A DNA stretch of 46,266 bases from contig CAZCGG010000008.1 of NCBI GenBank assembly GCA_964498135.1, positions 1-46,266 of the forward strand, written 5' to 3'. Below, piece after piece: positions 6,760-16,570 of the stretch (positions are counted from its first letter, which is position 1; each line of letters begins with the position of its first letter). Source of the DNA: an uncultured Candidatus Moduliflexus sp. Lineage in GTDB: Bacteria > Moduliflexota > Moduliflexia > Moduliflexales > Moduliflexaceae. The notes beneath the pieces were generated by a model. It searched no databases, was not told the DNA's origin, and worked only from the letters and a program-made list of their open reading frames with translations. Position numbers and translations under genes: made by a program.

Positions 6760-9183
6760 ATGAACACATCTTCCCAACAATCGTGGAAACAGCGCATCCA
6801 TTCACTCGGATTCCGACTCCCCTTAATCATCGTGTCAGTTGTCTTGTTGACTGCCCTGGCGATTAGCGGCTCGTCTTCATGGGTCTCCTTGCGTGACGGT
6901 CAGCGTCAGGTGATGTATCGCATGGAATCCGTCATCGCCTTCAAAGAAACCCAATTGATTGATTGGTGTCATGGGCTTCAGGATGGATTGCAGGCCATTT
7001 TGGATGATCCGAAAAACGCCTGGCATTTCACGGTCGTGCTCCAACCTACAGACTCTATCAAATTGTTTCGCAAAACCTCTTATAATTACTTCCAACTGCT
7101 CTTTCAAAAACTCATCACGCAAACCCATTGGTTTGAAGAATTATTGTTGCTCGATGCGACGGGAACGGTCGTGCTTTCGACAATTCCGACCAATGAAGGC
7201 CATAGTTATGCGAGCATGGCCTTCGCGGAGAAGGCGATTTCTTCGCCGATCCGCATGTCCCCCGATTCGCCCTTCTCTGTGCTGTTTTTCTCGCCAGTGG
7301 CGGATCCAAGTGGAAAATTCGTGGGCAGCATCATCGGACGGGCGGGACTGGAGGTCATGAACGGAATCATGGAAACGCAATTAGGATTGGACGAAACCGG
7401 CGAGACGTTTCTCATCGAGACCAATGCCATGATTGTCACCGCGACGCGCACAGCCTTGAATCAAGCCATTCCCTATCACAACGATGGCGCGCGTCAGGCG
7501 ATGGCGCAACGCGCCACCGCGTTCGGGCGGTATGAAAATTATGCCGGGGACGCGGTCGTCGGAATGTATCGCTGGATTCCAGAGCTTCAGGTCATTATCG
7601 CCGCCGAGCAACTGGAAACAAAAGCATTTCAGGTGATGTATTCCGCGTTGCGCATCTCCTTGAGCATTGCGGGGATTGCCGTCCTGATTGCGATGCTCAT
7701 CGGTTTCAAGTTGACGCGCAAAATTACGCTTCCCTTGAACAGCCTGGCGCAGGCAGCGCGGCAAATCGCCGACGGCGAGGTGGTTCTCGGCCTGCCATAT
7801 GTGACCTCTCAGGATGAAATCGGCGTGTTTACGCAGGCATTCGAAACCATGCTCCATCGCCTGAACTCAATTTTGCGCGAATTGGATGAATTGATTCGCT
7901 CAATCCAAGAGGGGAAATTGAGCATTCGAGGCCATGCTGACGACTTTACCGGACGGTGGCGCGAGTTAGTCGTCGGCGTCAATCTGGTGATTGATGCGTT
8001 CGTCACGCGAATTGTGACGACAAGCTCGGCGCTGGATCGCCTGTCAAGAGGAGACGTTCCCGAGAAAGTCACGGCGGAGTATCATGGCGACTTCAACACC
8101 ATCAAAAATCATTTGAATCTGTTGATTGATGTCACACAGGAAACCACCCATATCGCCGAGGAAATCGCACACGGCAACTTGATGATGCACGCCCGCGAAC
8201 GCTCAGAACAAGATCGCATGATGCAGGCATTGAACCTGATGATTACGCGCCTGAATGACTTTCTGAATGAAATGGATGGTCTCGTGCATACAGTGAAGCA
8301 AGGCAAATTAGAGAGTCGGGGACGCACGGAAGGGTTTGAGGGCGGCTGGCGGGATTTGGTCTCAGGCGTCAACGATGTTTTGAATGCGTTTGCGGAGATG
8401 ACCATGCTCAGTGAACGACTCAAAGAAGAAAATCTGCGCATGAGCGCGGAAATCGCCGTGACGCGGCGGCTGCAAATGATGATTCTCCCTCCGCCAGAAG
8501 AATTACAGCAGATTGAGGAGTTGGAGATCGTCGGCTTTATGCAATCCGCCGATGAGGTCGGCGGTGATTATTATGATGTGCTGAAGGGACAGGGCGGCCT
8601 CATCAATATCGGCATCGGCGATGTGACCGGACATGGCCTGGAAAGCGGCGTGTTGATGTTGATGACCCAGACCGCGATCCGCACACTGATTGAGCATGGC
8701 GAAACCGATCCAGTGGCGCTTCTTGAGACCTTGAACCGCACGATTTACAAAAACATCCAGCGCATGAAAGTAGATCGAGCGTTGACACTTGCCTTTATTC
8801 ATTATCAGGGCGGGGTGGTGAAAATTGTCGGGCAGCATGAAGAGATGCTTATTGTCCGACAGGGCGGGCAGGTGGAGCGCGTGGATACCATCAACTTAGG
8901 CTTTCCGCTCGGCTTGGTAGAACACATTTCCCACTTGGTTTCGGAATATATGGTCACGTTGCATCCCGGCGAGAGCGTCGTTCTTTATACCGACGGGATC
9001 ACCGAAGCAGAAAACACCGAAAACGTCTTGTATGGCCTTGATCGGCTCTGTCAGGTTCTCAGCCGAAATTGGAACGGGTCGGCGGAAGCCATTAAACAAG
9101 CGATAGTGAACGATGTCATCGGATTCATTGGGCAGCAGGTCGTGTATGACGATTTAACGCTGGTGGTGTTGAAACAGAAATAA
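6760..9183 (+). CDS. Membrane sensor phosphatase: periplasmic Cache-like domain, TM, tandem HAMP-type modules, C-terminal PP2C/SpoIIE phosphatase
   Basis: Two TM segments flank a ~300-aa extracytoplasmic region. A coiled module is repeated (ELIRSIQEGKLSIRGHADDFTGRWRELVVGVNLVIDAF / GLVHTVKQGKLESRGRTEGFEGGWRDLVSGVNDVLNAF). SpoIIE signatures are present (GGDYYDV, IGDVTGHGLESG, LYTDGITEA). The start was moved to 6760 because of the upstream hairpin. Confidence 0.8.
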   Translation: MNTSSQQSWKQRIHSLGFRLPLIIVSVVLLTALAISGSSSWVSLRDGQRQVMYRMESVIAFKETQLIDWCHGLQDGLQAILDDPKNAWHFTVVLQPTDSIKLFRKTSYNYFQLLFQKLITQTHWFEELLLLDATGTVVLSTIPTNEGHSYASMAFAEKAISSPIRMSPDSPFSVLFFSPVADPSGKFVGSIIGRAGLEVMNGIMETQLGLDETGETFLIETNAMIVTATRTALNQAIPYHNDGARQAMAQRATAFGRYENYAGDAVVGMYRWIPELQVIIAAEQLETKAFQVMYSALRISLSIAGIAVLIAMLIGFKLTRKITLPLNSLAQAARQIADGEVVLGLPYVTSQDEIGVFTQAFETMLHRLNSILRELDELIRSIQEGKLSIRGHADDFTGRWRELVVGVNLVIDAFVTRIVTTSSALDRLSRGDVPEKVTAEYHGDFNTIKNHLNLLIDVTQETTHIAEEIAHGNLMMHARERSEQDRMMQALNLMITRLNDFLNEMDGLVHTVKQGKLESRGRTEGFEGGWRDLVSGVNDVLNAFAEMTMLSERLKEENLRMSAEIAVTRRLQMMILPPPEELQQIEELEIVGFMQSADEVGGDYYDVLKGQGGLINIGIGDVTGHGLESGVLMLMTQTAIRTLIEHGETDPVALLETLNRTIYKNIQRMKVDRALTLAFIHYQGGVVKIVGQHEEMLIVRQGGQVERVDTINLGFPLGLVEHISHLVSEYMVTLHPGESVVLYTDGITEAENTENVLYGLDRLCQVLSRNWNGSAEAIKQAIVNDVIGFIGQQVVYDDLTLVVLKQK

Positions 9184-9208
9184 ATGTTATCGTTCACATG
9201 AAAATTTC

Positions 9209-9236
9209 TTGACAGAAATCTTCCTTTGAATAAGAT
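9209..9236 (+). promoter_or_regulatory. Candidate sigma70-type promoter upstream of rhaA
   Basis: TTGACA (9209-9214), 16-nt spacer, TAAGAT (9231-9236). Confidence 0.3.
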
Positions 9237-9353
9237 GTTTTCATCGGGCAGTTCAATGCTGTCTGATAGCGATCTCATCCTTCACAACCACCCCCTCTTC
9301 TTACAGGTGTGCCGCTCCGCAAGTTGAACGCTTCTGGAACGGCAGAAGAACGT

Positions 9354-10625
9354 ATGAGCATGAATGTGCAGCAGATTGAACAGCGTTACGCGCTCGCAAA
9401 AGAGCAGTATGCCGCATTAGGCGTGGACGCTGACGCGGCCTTGAAGACGCTTGAAACACTCCCGGTTTCCCTGCATTGCTGGCAAGGCGACGATGTCGGC
9501 GGGTTCGAACATTCGGCGGCGGCCTTGAGCGGCGGCATTCAGGCGACCGGCAATTATCCCGGCAAAGCTCGCACCGCCGAGGAACTCCGCGCAGATCTCG
9601 ACGCCGCGCTGCGCCTGATTCCGGGAACGCACCGACTCAACTTGCACGCGATTTACGGCGATTTCGGCGGCAAATTCGTCGAACGCAACACCATTCTGCC
9701 CGAGCATTTCCGCGCGTGGACGGACTGGGCCAAATCGAAGCGCATGGGCATTGATTTCAATCCGACGTTCTTCTCCCATCCCAAAGCCGATTCAGGGATG
9801 ACGCTGAGCCACGCCGATCCCGCCATCCGCCAATTTTGGATTGAACACGCCATCGCCTGCCGCAAAATCGGCGAAGCGTTCGGCAAGGCGCTCGGCACGG
9901 CCTGCGTGACGAACATCTGGATTCCCGACGGCTCGAAAGACGTGCCGGTTGACCGCAAATCGCCGCGCGAACGCCTGATGGCGGCGCTGGACGCCATTCT
10001 CGCCGAGAAGGTGGATGCGCGCTATTTGCTGGACGCAGTGGAAAGCAAGCTCTTCGGCATCGGCTCGGAAAGTTACGTCGTCGGCTCGCATGAATTTTAC
10101 ATGGGCTATGCCGTCAGCCGGAAACTCCTGCTTTGCCTTGATGCCGGGCATTTTCACCCCACCGAAGTCATTTCCGATAAGCTGTCGTCCGTGCTGACGT
10201 TCGTGCCGGAAGTGCTGCTGCATGTCAGCCGGGGCGTCCGGTGGGACAGCGATCACGTCGTGATTTTGTCCGATGAATTGCAGGCGATTGCGCAGGAAAT
10301 TATTCGCGGCGGCTATCAGCAGCGTGTGCATATCGGCCTCGATTTCTTTGACGCCAGCATCAACCGCATTGCCGCGTGGGTAATTGGCACGCGCAACATG
10401 ATTAAAGCCCTGCTGTTCGCGCTGCTTGAGCCGATTGACCGCCTGCGCGCCGCCGAGCAGAGCGGCGATTTCACCTCGCGCTTGGCGCTGCTGGAAGAAG
10501 CGAGAACCCTGCCGTTCAGCGCGGTCTGGGATTGGCATTGCGCCCGCCAAAACGTGCCGGTCGGCGCGGCGTGGCTCGATGTCGTCAAACAATATGAACG
10601 CGACGTGCAGTTAAAGAGAAAATAA
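9354..10625 (+). CDS. rhaA: L-rhamnose isomerase
   Basis: Long colinear identity to enterobacterial RhaA as I remember it: [89 protein letters not shown]. The start was placed at [10 protein letters not shown]. Confidence 0.93.
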   Translation: MSMNVQQIEQRYALAKEQYAALGVDADAALKTLETLPVSLHCWQGDDVGGFEHSAAALSGGIQATGNYPGKARTAEELRADLDAALRLIPGTHRLNLHAIYGDFGGKFVERNTILPEHFRAWTDWAKSKRMGIDFNPTFFSHPKADSGMTLSHADPAIRQFWIEHAIACRKIGEAFGKALGTACVTNIWIPDGSKDVPVDRKSPRERLMAALDAILAEKVDARYLLDAVESKLFGIGSESYVVGSHEFYMGYAVSRKLLLCLDAGHFHPTEVISDKLSSVLTFVPEVLLHVSRGVRWDSDHVVILSDELQAIAQEIIRGGYQQRVHIGLDFFDASINRIAAWVIGTRNMIKALLFALLEPIDRLRAAEQSGDFTSRLALLEEARTLPFSAVWDWHCARQNVPVGAAWLDVVKQYERDVQLKRK

Positions 10626-10753
10626 TTACATTGGAAAAATTCTTCTGCCAGATGTTGAAATATCTGCCTTTATTCCGCGGCCGCTTCGCGGCAATGTCTG
10701 CCCCGAAAGGGAAAAGGGTTTGAGGCAGGGGTTTCCGCTTCTGGAAAAATTCT

Positions 10754-11503
10754 ATGCAAAATCAACTTGCTGTCTTAACTGCCATGTCGAACACGCTCGG
10801 CTCAGACGCCTACGATTGCGCGATTTTAGGGGAAGGCAACACCTCCGCCAAAATAAGCGAGGACGCATTTTTCGTCAAAGCGTCCGGGACGCAACTGCGC
10901 ACGATTGACGCCAACGGCTTCGTCGCCGTCCGGTTCGCGCCGATTTTTGACGCGCTTTCACGCGATGCGCTGTCGGATGCGGACGTGAAAGACGCGCTGC
11001 TTCAGGCCACATTCGACAATCCCAACAAGAAAATGCCGTCCGTCGAAACGTTTCTGCACGCGATTTTGTTGTCGCTGCCGGGCGTGAATTTTGCGGGACA
11101 TACGCACCCCACCGCAATCAACAGCATTCTCTGCTCGAAAAAGGCGGAAGAGGCGTATAGCGGGAATCTGTTTCCCGATCAAATCGTCGTGCTTGGCACC
11201 GCGCCGTTGTTTATTCCGTACACGGATCCCGGCCTCGTGTTAGCGAAATTGCTGCAACAGAAATTGGCGGAATATCAGGCGCGGCACGGCCGGCCGCCGC
11301 GCGCGATTTACATGCAGAATCACGGCTTCATCGCCGTCGGCGCGACGGAGAAGGACGTGCTGAACATCACGCAGATGGCCGTGAAAACGGCGCGCGTGCT
11401 ATTAGGAACGTACATGCTCGGCGGGCCGAATTTCTTTTCCGGCGAGAATACGCAGCGCATCGAAACCCGACCGGATGAACATTATCGCCGGAGCGCGCTC
11501 TAA
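10754..11503 (+). CDS. Class II aldolase/adducin-family protein, probable rhamnulose-1-phosphate aldolase
   Basis: GEGNTSAK, VKASGTQL, PSVETFLHA and GHTHPTAI match the N-terminal aldolase half of bifunctional RhaEW-type enzymes. Located next to rhaA. Confidence 0.7.
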   Translation: MQNQLAVLTAMSNTLGSDAYDCAILGEGNTSAKISEDAFFVKASGTQLRTIDANGFVAVRFAPIFDALSRDALSDADVKDALLQATFDNPNKKMPSVETFLHAILLSLPGVNFAGHTHPTAINSILCSKKAEEAYSGNLFPDQIVVLGTAPLFIPYTDPGLVLAKLLQQKLAEYQARHGRPPRAIYMQNHGFIAVGATEKDVLNITQMAVKTARVLLGTYMLGGPNFFSGENTQRIETRPDEHYRRSAL

Positions 11504-11524
11504 TCTCGGCGGCGCAGCCTCAAA

Positions 11525-11556
11525 AGAGCCTGAGTTTTTGAAGAAACTCAGGCTCT
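11525..11556. terminator. Bidirectional hairpin between the convergent aldolase and psd genes
   Basis: 13-bp stem AGAGCCTGAGTTT / AAACTCAGGCTCT with a 6-nt loop; T/A-rich on both sides. Confidence 0.6.
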
Positions 11557-11562
11557 CGATGT

Positions 11563-12216
11563 TTACGGCAACGTGCCGATGACGGTCGTTCCGCCGCTGA
11601 CCGTCTCGCCGAGCTTGACGCGAAGCGCCGCGTCTTTCGGCAGCAGCAAATCCACCCGCGAGCCAAACCGGATCAGCCCGAAACGCTGTCCGCGTTCCAC
11701 ATTCATGCCCGGCTTCGCGGAGCAGACGATGCGGCGGGCAATCAGCCCGGCAATCTGCTTGACGAGAATTTTCGTCGTCTTCCCGTTCACGGTCTGCGAC
11801 AAAATCACAGAATTCTGCTCATTCAGCAGCGACGCCTTGTCTTCGAACGCCGCCATGAATTGGCCCGGGTTATAGATGACTTGCTCGACTTTGCCCGAAA
11901 TTGGGGCGCGGTTGATATGCACGTTGAAAACGGACATGAAAATGCTGACTTGCAGATACGTGTCCGGCCCCAACGCCGGGTAGGGCGTCTCTTCAATTTT
12001 GATGATTTTGCCGTCCGCCGGGCAGATAATCAGGCGGTCGCCCGGTGGAATCTCCCGCTCCGGGTCGCGGAAAAATCCGGCGACGCAGACCGCCAACACA
12101 ATGCAAAGCCACCACAACGCGCCGAAGCGCATCTGCGAAAAGAGCGTTAAAATCGCCAGCATGCAGAGCGGCACAGCCAAAAACGGTATCCCTTCTTTTG
12201 CCATCGGAAATCGCAT
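11563..12216 (-). CDS. psd: Phosphatidylserine decarboxylase proenzyme (short, membrane-anchored type)
   Basis: N-terminal TM helices, ICPADGKI, FMSVFNVHINRAP and the self-cleavage FGSRVD motif. SD GGGGAGAG lies 4-5 nt before the ATG at 12216. Confidence 0.85.
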   Translation of the reverse strand: MRFPMAKEGIPFLAVPLCMLAILTLFSQMRFGALWWLCIVLAVCVAGFFRDPEREIPPGDRLIICPADGKIIKIEETPYPALGPDTYLQVSIFMSVFNVHINRAPISGKVEQVIYNPGQFMAAFEDKASLLNEQNSVILSQTVNGKTTKILVKQIAGLIARRIVCSAKPGMNVERGQRFGLIRFGSRVDLLLPKDAALRVKLGETVSGGTTVIGTLP

Positions 12217-12412
12217 ATTCTCTCCCCTTTATAGCATTATTTATAAGCAATACGCATGAAAAGCTGTCAGGTTTTTTCTGCGCGACGGCGCGGCCGCCTG
12301 TCAAATGAAATTTTTCAAAAAACAGCAGAACCCGTTCGCCGTAGTTTTTTCCGAAAAATGCTTGACTTTTTGAACGGAATTTTCATGCGTTTGGGGAAAG
12401 GAGGGAGACACT

Positions 12413-13309
12413 ATGAAAAGAAGCATGTTCATGGCTCTTGCATTCGTGTTCTTGTGCGTGTGCGGCGCGTCGCCGCGCAGTTCGGCAACGGTGCGCGTCG
12501 TCGTCAGCATCGAACCGCAACTCTATTTTGTCAAACAACTCGGCGGCGAATTGGTGACGGCGACAAGCCTGCTGCCGTCTGGCTCATTTCACGGCGTCTA
12601 TGAGCCGAGCGCCGCGCAGATGAAGGAATTGAGCGAGGCGCAGATGTTCGTCCGCAGCCGCGTGGAATATGAAGACGCATGGTGGAGCAAAATTCAGGCC
12701 GCCAATCAGGAAATGCTTGTGGTTGACGCGACGGCGGGGATCGAATTTTTGAAAGGGCATCACCATCATGACGAGCAGGACGCCGAGGAGGACGAGACGA
12801 AAGAAGCGGGAGATGATCCGCATGTCTGGCTGTCGCCGCGCCTTGCGAAGATTCAAATCGAAAATATTTACGAGGGCTTAATCACGGTTGACCCGGAAAA
12901 TGAAGCGGCGTATGCCTCGAACAAACACGGCCTGCTGAAGGCGGTGGATGAGTTAGACCGGAAAATTCGCGCGCAATTGGCGGAGCTCGAAACGCGCACG
13001 TTTATGGTGTTTCATCCGGCGTGGTCGTATTTTGCGGCGGAGTATGATCTCAAGCAGATCGCCATCGAAGGTGAAGGCAAAGAGCCGAGCGCGGCGGAAC
13101 TGGCTGAATTTATCAAGATCGCGCAAGAAGAGCAGGTGAAAGTGATCTTCGTGCAACCGCAAACCAGCAGCCGCACCGCCAACATTATCGCCAAACAAAT
13201 CGGCGCGAAGGTGGAACTCCTCGATCCGATGTCGGCAGATTGGATGAAAAATCTGCGCCGCGTCGCGGAGAAGTTAGCGAAGGCGTTGCGCAAGAAAGAG
13301 AAGGAATGA
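12413..13309 (+). CDS. znuA: Zinc/metal ABC transporter substrate-binding protein
   Basis: Family-9 SBP layout with an acidic His-rich loop (GHHHHDEQDAEEDETKEAGDDPHVW) and the FHPAWSYF motif. Strong SD GGAGGGAG. Confidence 0.8.
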   Translation: MKRSMFMALAFVFLCVCGASPRSSATVRVVVSIEPQLYFVKQLGGELVTATSLLPSGSFHGVYEPSAAQMKELSEAQMFVRSRVEYEDAWWSKIQAANQEMLVVDATAGIEFLKGHHHHDEQDAEEDETKEAGDDPHVWLSPRLAKIQIENIYEGLITVDPENEAAYASNKHGLLKAVDELDRKIRAQLAELETRTFMVFHPAWSYFAAEYDLKQIAIEGEGKEPSAAELAEFIKIAQEEQVKVIFVQPQTSSRTANIIAKQIGAKVELLDPMSADWMKNLRRVAEKLAKALRKKEKE

Positions 13310-14133
13310 CGCGGCGGACGTTTCTCAAATGGCTTATCGGCGCGGGGAGTTCGGCATGTCTGGTCGGCGGCTATCCGGTCTTTATCGAGCGCTATCTCAC
13401 GCAATTCAACCGGTACCGCATTCCCGTGCCGAACCTTCCGGCGGCGTTTCAGGGCCTGCGCATCGCGCAGGTTTCCGACGTGCATTGCGGCAGGCTCATG
13501 CCGCGCTGGTTTGTCAACGATCTGCTTGAGCGGGTGAATCGCGCCGGAGCGGACGTGATTGTCTGCACTGGCGATTACATTTATGGACAGGGGGCGGCGC
13601 AGACTGAGGTCGTGTGGCCGATGCTGTGCGAGCTTCGCGCCCCGTTGGGCGTCTATTCCGTGCTTGGCAATCATGATCATTGGGGCAGCACGGAGCGGTC
13701 GCTGTATTGGCTGAAGCGAAGCGGCCAAAATTTGCGCGGCAAGGCGCTTGCGCTTGAAAAAGACGGGGAGCGGCTTTGGCTGGCCGGAATCGGCGATTTA
13801 TGGGAAGACCCGTTTCCTGTTGATTCCGTGCTGTCGCAGATTCCCGAACGCGAGTGCCGGATCGTCTTGGCGCATAATCCCGACAGCGCGGATACGCCGT
13901 TTAGCGGGCGAATTGACCTGATGCTCTCCGGCCATACGCATGGCGGGCAAGTGCGCATTCCGTTTGGCGGCGCGCCTGTGCTGCCCGTGAAAAACAAGAC
14001 GTATTCGTCCGGCCTGAAAATGTCAACCAAACAGCAGCGCGTGTTTATTTCACGCGGCATCGGCTGGGCAATTTATCCGGTGCGCTTCAATTGTTATCCA
14101 GAAATTCCGATATTGGAATTGATAAGAGGATAA
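13306..14133 (+). CDS. Tat-signal metallophosphoesterase (calcineurin-like)
   Basis: MTRRTFLKWLIGAG twin-arginine leader. Motifs QVSDVHCG, TGDY, GNHD and GHTHGG. The ATG overlaps the znuA stop (ATGA). Confidence 0.8.
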   Translation: MTRRTFLKWLIGAGSSACLVGGYPVFIERYLTQFNRYRIPVPNLPAAFQGLRIAQVSDVHCGRLMPRWFVNDLLERVNRAGADVIVCTGDYIYGQGAAQTEVVWPMLCELRAPLGVYSVLGNHDHWGSTERSLYWLKRSGQNLRGKALALEKDGERLWLAGIGDLWEDPFPVDSVLSQIPERECRIVLAHNPDSADTPFSGRIDLMLSGHTHGGQVRIPFGGAPVLPVKNKTYSSGLKMSTKQQRVFISRGIGWAIYPVRFNCYPEIPILELIRG

Positions 14134-14167
14134 ATTTTTTGTTTTTCATATATTTGGAGAATTTGTC

Positions 14168-15754
14168 ATGATGGAAGAAAAGGATTTGTTAACAATCAGT
14201 GAGGCAAGCAAATGGGCGACTGACTATATCAAAAAGAAAGTAACAACCTCAAATATTTCTTACCTTATTCAATATGGACGAGTGACTAAGTATGGCGATA
14301 ACGGAAATGCGAAAGTTTCCAAACAAGAATTAATGACTTATTACCATACATTTATAGGTAAACGTGAAATCAATTGGAAAGCCGAATTAGGTGAAGATAT
14401 TAATTGGGCATTATCTTTTGATTCTTTAAAAGAAGCCGATACGACAAAACATGTGCATAGACTTCATCCGTATAAAGGAAAATTTATTCCTCAACTTGTT
14501 CAATATTTTATAGATGACCATACCGACGAATTTAAAAAAGACATGTATTTCAAGACTGGAGATATACTGTTAGACCCATTCTGCGGAAGCGGGACGACCT
14601 TAGTTCAAGCAAATGAACAGGGAATGCATGCTCTTGGAATTGATATATCTGAGTTTAATGCTCTTATTAGTAATATTAAAATAGAGAAGCATCATCTTCT
14701 TGATATTCAAAAGGAAATTGTCGAGATTACATCTCACCTGAAACGCTTCATTAGTCAATCGAATATTGTCGAATTTGAAGCACATTTAACTGAAGAATTG
14801 AATAAATTCAATAGTTTATATTTTCCATCGCCTGAATTCAAATTCAAGGTCAGACGAGGACAAATTGATCAAAATCGCTATGGAAAGGAATACGAAGAAA
14901 AATTTCTTTTGCGCTATTTCCAGATAGTGAATCAATACAATATTATATTACGTCAAGACAAATTAGAAACATTTTTAGATAAATGGTATTTATCCAATGT
15001 CAGGAAAGAAATAGATTTTGTTCTTGAATGTATAAAAAAGATAGGCGCTCCAGAAATTAAACGAGTGATTCAAATTATTTTAAGCCGTACTATTCGATCT
15101 TGCCGAGCGACAACACACGCGGATTTAGCTACATTACTTGAACCGATAACAACAACATATTATTGCGCTAAACATGGCAAAATTTGCAGGCCATTATTTT
15201 CAATTCTTAGCTGGTGGGAACGATATAGTCAGGATACCCTGCAACGATTAGCCAATTTCGATAAATTAAGGACAAACACATTTCAATATTGCATAACAGG
15301 AGATTCTCGTAAAATTGATATTATCTCCATATTGGAGCAAGAATTTCCTGCCCTTGCTCAACTTGCGCAATCTCAAAAAATTCAAGGTATTTTTTCAAGC
15401 CCTCCGTATGTCGGATTGATTGATTATCATGAGCAGCATGCGTATGCGTATGAATTGTTTGGTTTTCAAAGACATGATGAATTTGAGATCGGGTCCATGC
15501 TGAAAGGACAAGGCAAAGATGCGCGAGAAGCGTATGCTCAAGGGATTGCGGATGTATTGAATAATTGCAAACAATTCTTAGCTCCAAACTATCATGTGTT
15601 TTTAGTGGCAAATGATAAATATAATCTCTATCCGACGATTGCCGAAAAAGCCGAAATGCAAATTGTGAATCAGTATAAGCGTCCGGTATTGAATCGCACC
15701 GAAAAAGATAAAGCGGCATATTCGGAAACGATTTTTCATTTAAACGCCAAATAA
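14168..15754 (+). CDS. DNA methyltransferase (N6-adenine or N4-cytosine type) with N-terminal HTH
   Basis: AdoMet motif LDPFCGSGTTLVQA near residue 135. Catalytic IFSSPPYVGL near residue 400, with a ~260-aa putative target-recognition region between them. N-terminal LLTISEASKWA...ISYLIQYGRV looks like a MerR/excisionase-type HTH. A sample line counted by hand is about 28% G+C. Confidence 0.8.
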   Translation: MMEEKDLLTISEASKWATDYIKKKVTTSNISYLIQYGRVTKYGDNGNAKVSKQELMTYYHTFIGKREINWKAELGEDINWALSFDSLKEADTTKHVHRLHPYKGKFIPQLVQYFIDDHTDEFKKDMYFKTGDILLDPFCGSGTTLVQANEQGMHALGIDISEFNALISNIKIEKHHLLDIQKEIVEITSHLKRFISQSNIVEFEAHLTEELNKFNSLYFPSPEFKFKVRRGQIDQNRYGKEYEEKFLLRYFQIVNQYNIILRQDKLETFLDKWYLSNVRKEIDFVLECIKKIGAPEIKRVIQIILSRTIRSCRATTHADLATLLEPITTTYYCAKHGKICRPLFSILSWWERYSQDTLQRLANFDKLRTNTFQYCITGDSRKIDIISILEQEFPALAQLAQSQKIQGIFSSPPYVGLIDYHEQHAYAYELFGFQRHDEFEIGSMLKGQGKDAREAYAQGIADVLNNCKQFLAPNYHVFLVANDKYNLYPTIAEKAEMQIVNQYKRPVLNRTEKDKAAYSETIFHLNAK

Positions 15755-15767
15755 AAAGGATGGAATC

Positions 15768-16547
15768 ATGGCATTATCCAGTACGCAAATTTTCTCTATA
15801 GAAAGAACAATTAAAGAAAGTTTAAGAAATAAATTTCAGCGTTATAAGCCAGAATCTCAAAACATGCCATTTCATTATCGGCTATTAGGGAAAGATCGAA
15901 TGGCTCTTTATTCGTTTCTCCAATCGTTAAATACCACGTTTGGAACATCTATTTTTGAGCCTGTCGCAGTAACATTAGCTCAAACACATTTCATCAATGC
16001 CAAAGCACAATATGTTGCTGGAAATGAAATTAGCGAACAGGCTCAAAAAGTTATTCAGGAAATTATCAATCAACTCACAACAGGCCAAGATAGCCATAAA
16101 AATGAAGAAATTGAACGTATTAGAGCAGTCTGTCAACAAGGTCGAATGAATAGATTGAAAACGGTAAAAATAGATTTATTGGTTGAAGATTCTGCGGGTG
16201 CTTTATTTTTATTCGATTTAAAAACTGCTAAACCCAATATGAGTGATTTTAAGATTTTAAAACGAAATTTATTAGAATGGTGCGCGATTATGTTAGCGAA
16301 AAATCCTACTATAGACATTCATTCTCTTATTGCAATTCCTTATAATCCTTATGAGCCAAAACCTTATGAACGTTGGACATTAAAGGGAATGCTTGATTTA
16401 AACGAAGAGTTGAAAGTTGCTCAAGAATTTTGGAATTTTCTTGGCGGAGATGGCGCGTATGAAGAGTTGCTTAATTGTTTTGAAAGAGTTGGCATTGAAT
16501 TACGCACAGAAATTGACCGATATTTTGAAAAATTTAAAACGGCGTAA
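15768..16547 (+). CDS. Type II restriction endonuclease, TdeIII-like (family assignment from memory)
   Basis: Sits 13 nt downstream of the methyltransferase, on the same strand and in the same AT-rich composition. PFHYRLLG...TTFGTSIFE and D-x-K-type FLFDLKTAKPN agree with what I recall of the RE_TdeIII family. SD AAGGA. Confidence 0.6.
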   Translation: MALSSTQIFSIERTIKESLRNKFQRYKPESQNMPFHYRLLGKDRMALYSFLQSLNTTFGTSIFEPVAVTLAQTHFINAKAQYVAGNEISEQAQKVIQEIINQLTTGQDSHKNEEIERIRAVCQQGRMNRLKTVKIDLLVEDSAGALFLFDLKTAKPNMSDFKILKRNLLEWCAIMLAKNPTIDIHSLIAIPYNPYEPKPYERWTLKGMLDLNEELKVAQEFWNFLGGDGAYEELLNCFERVGIELRTEIDRYFEKFKTA

Positions 16548-16570
16548 AAAATCATTCTGAAAATTTAAAA

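Noticed and set aside
12217-12412. Zur/Fur-type operator upstream of znuA
   Set aside because: Only a short TGAAA-N2-TTTCA inverted repeat (12306-12317) was found, with no match to the longer Zur-box palindromes I know. Not enough to call.
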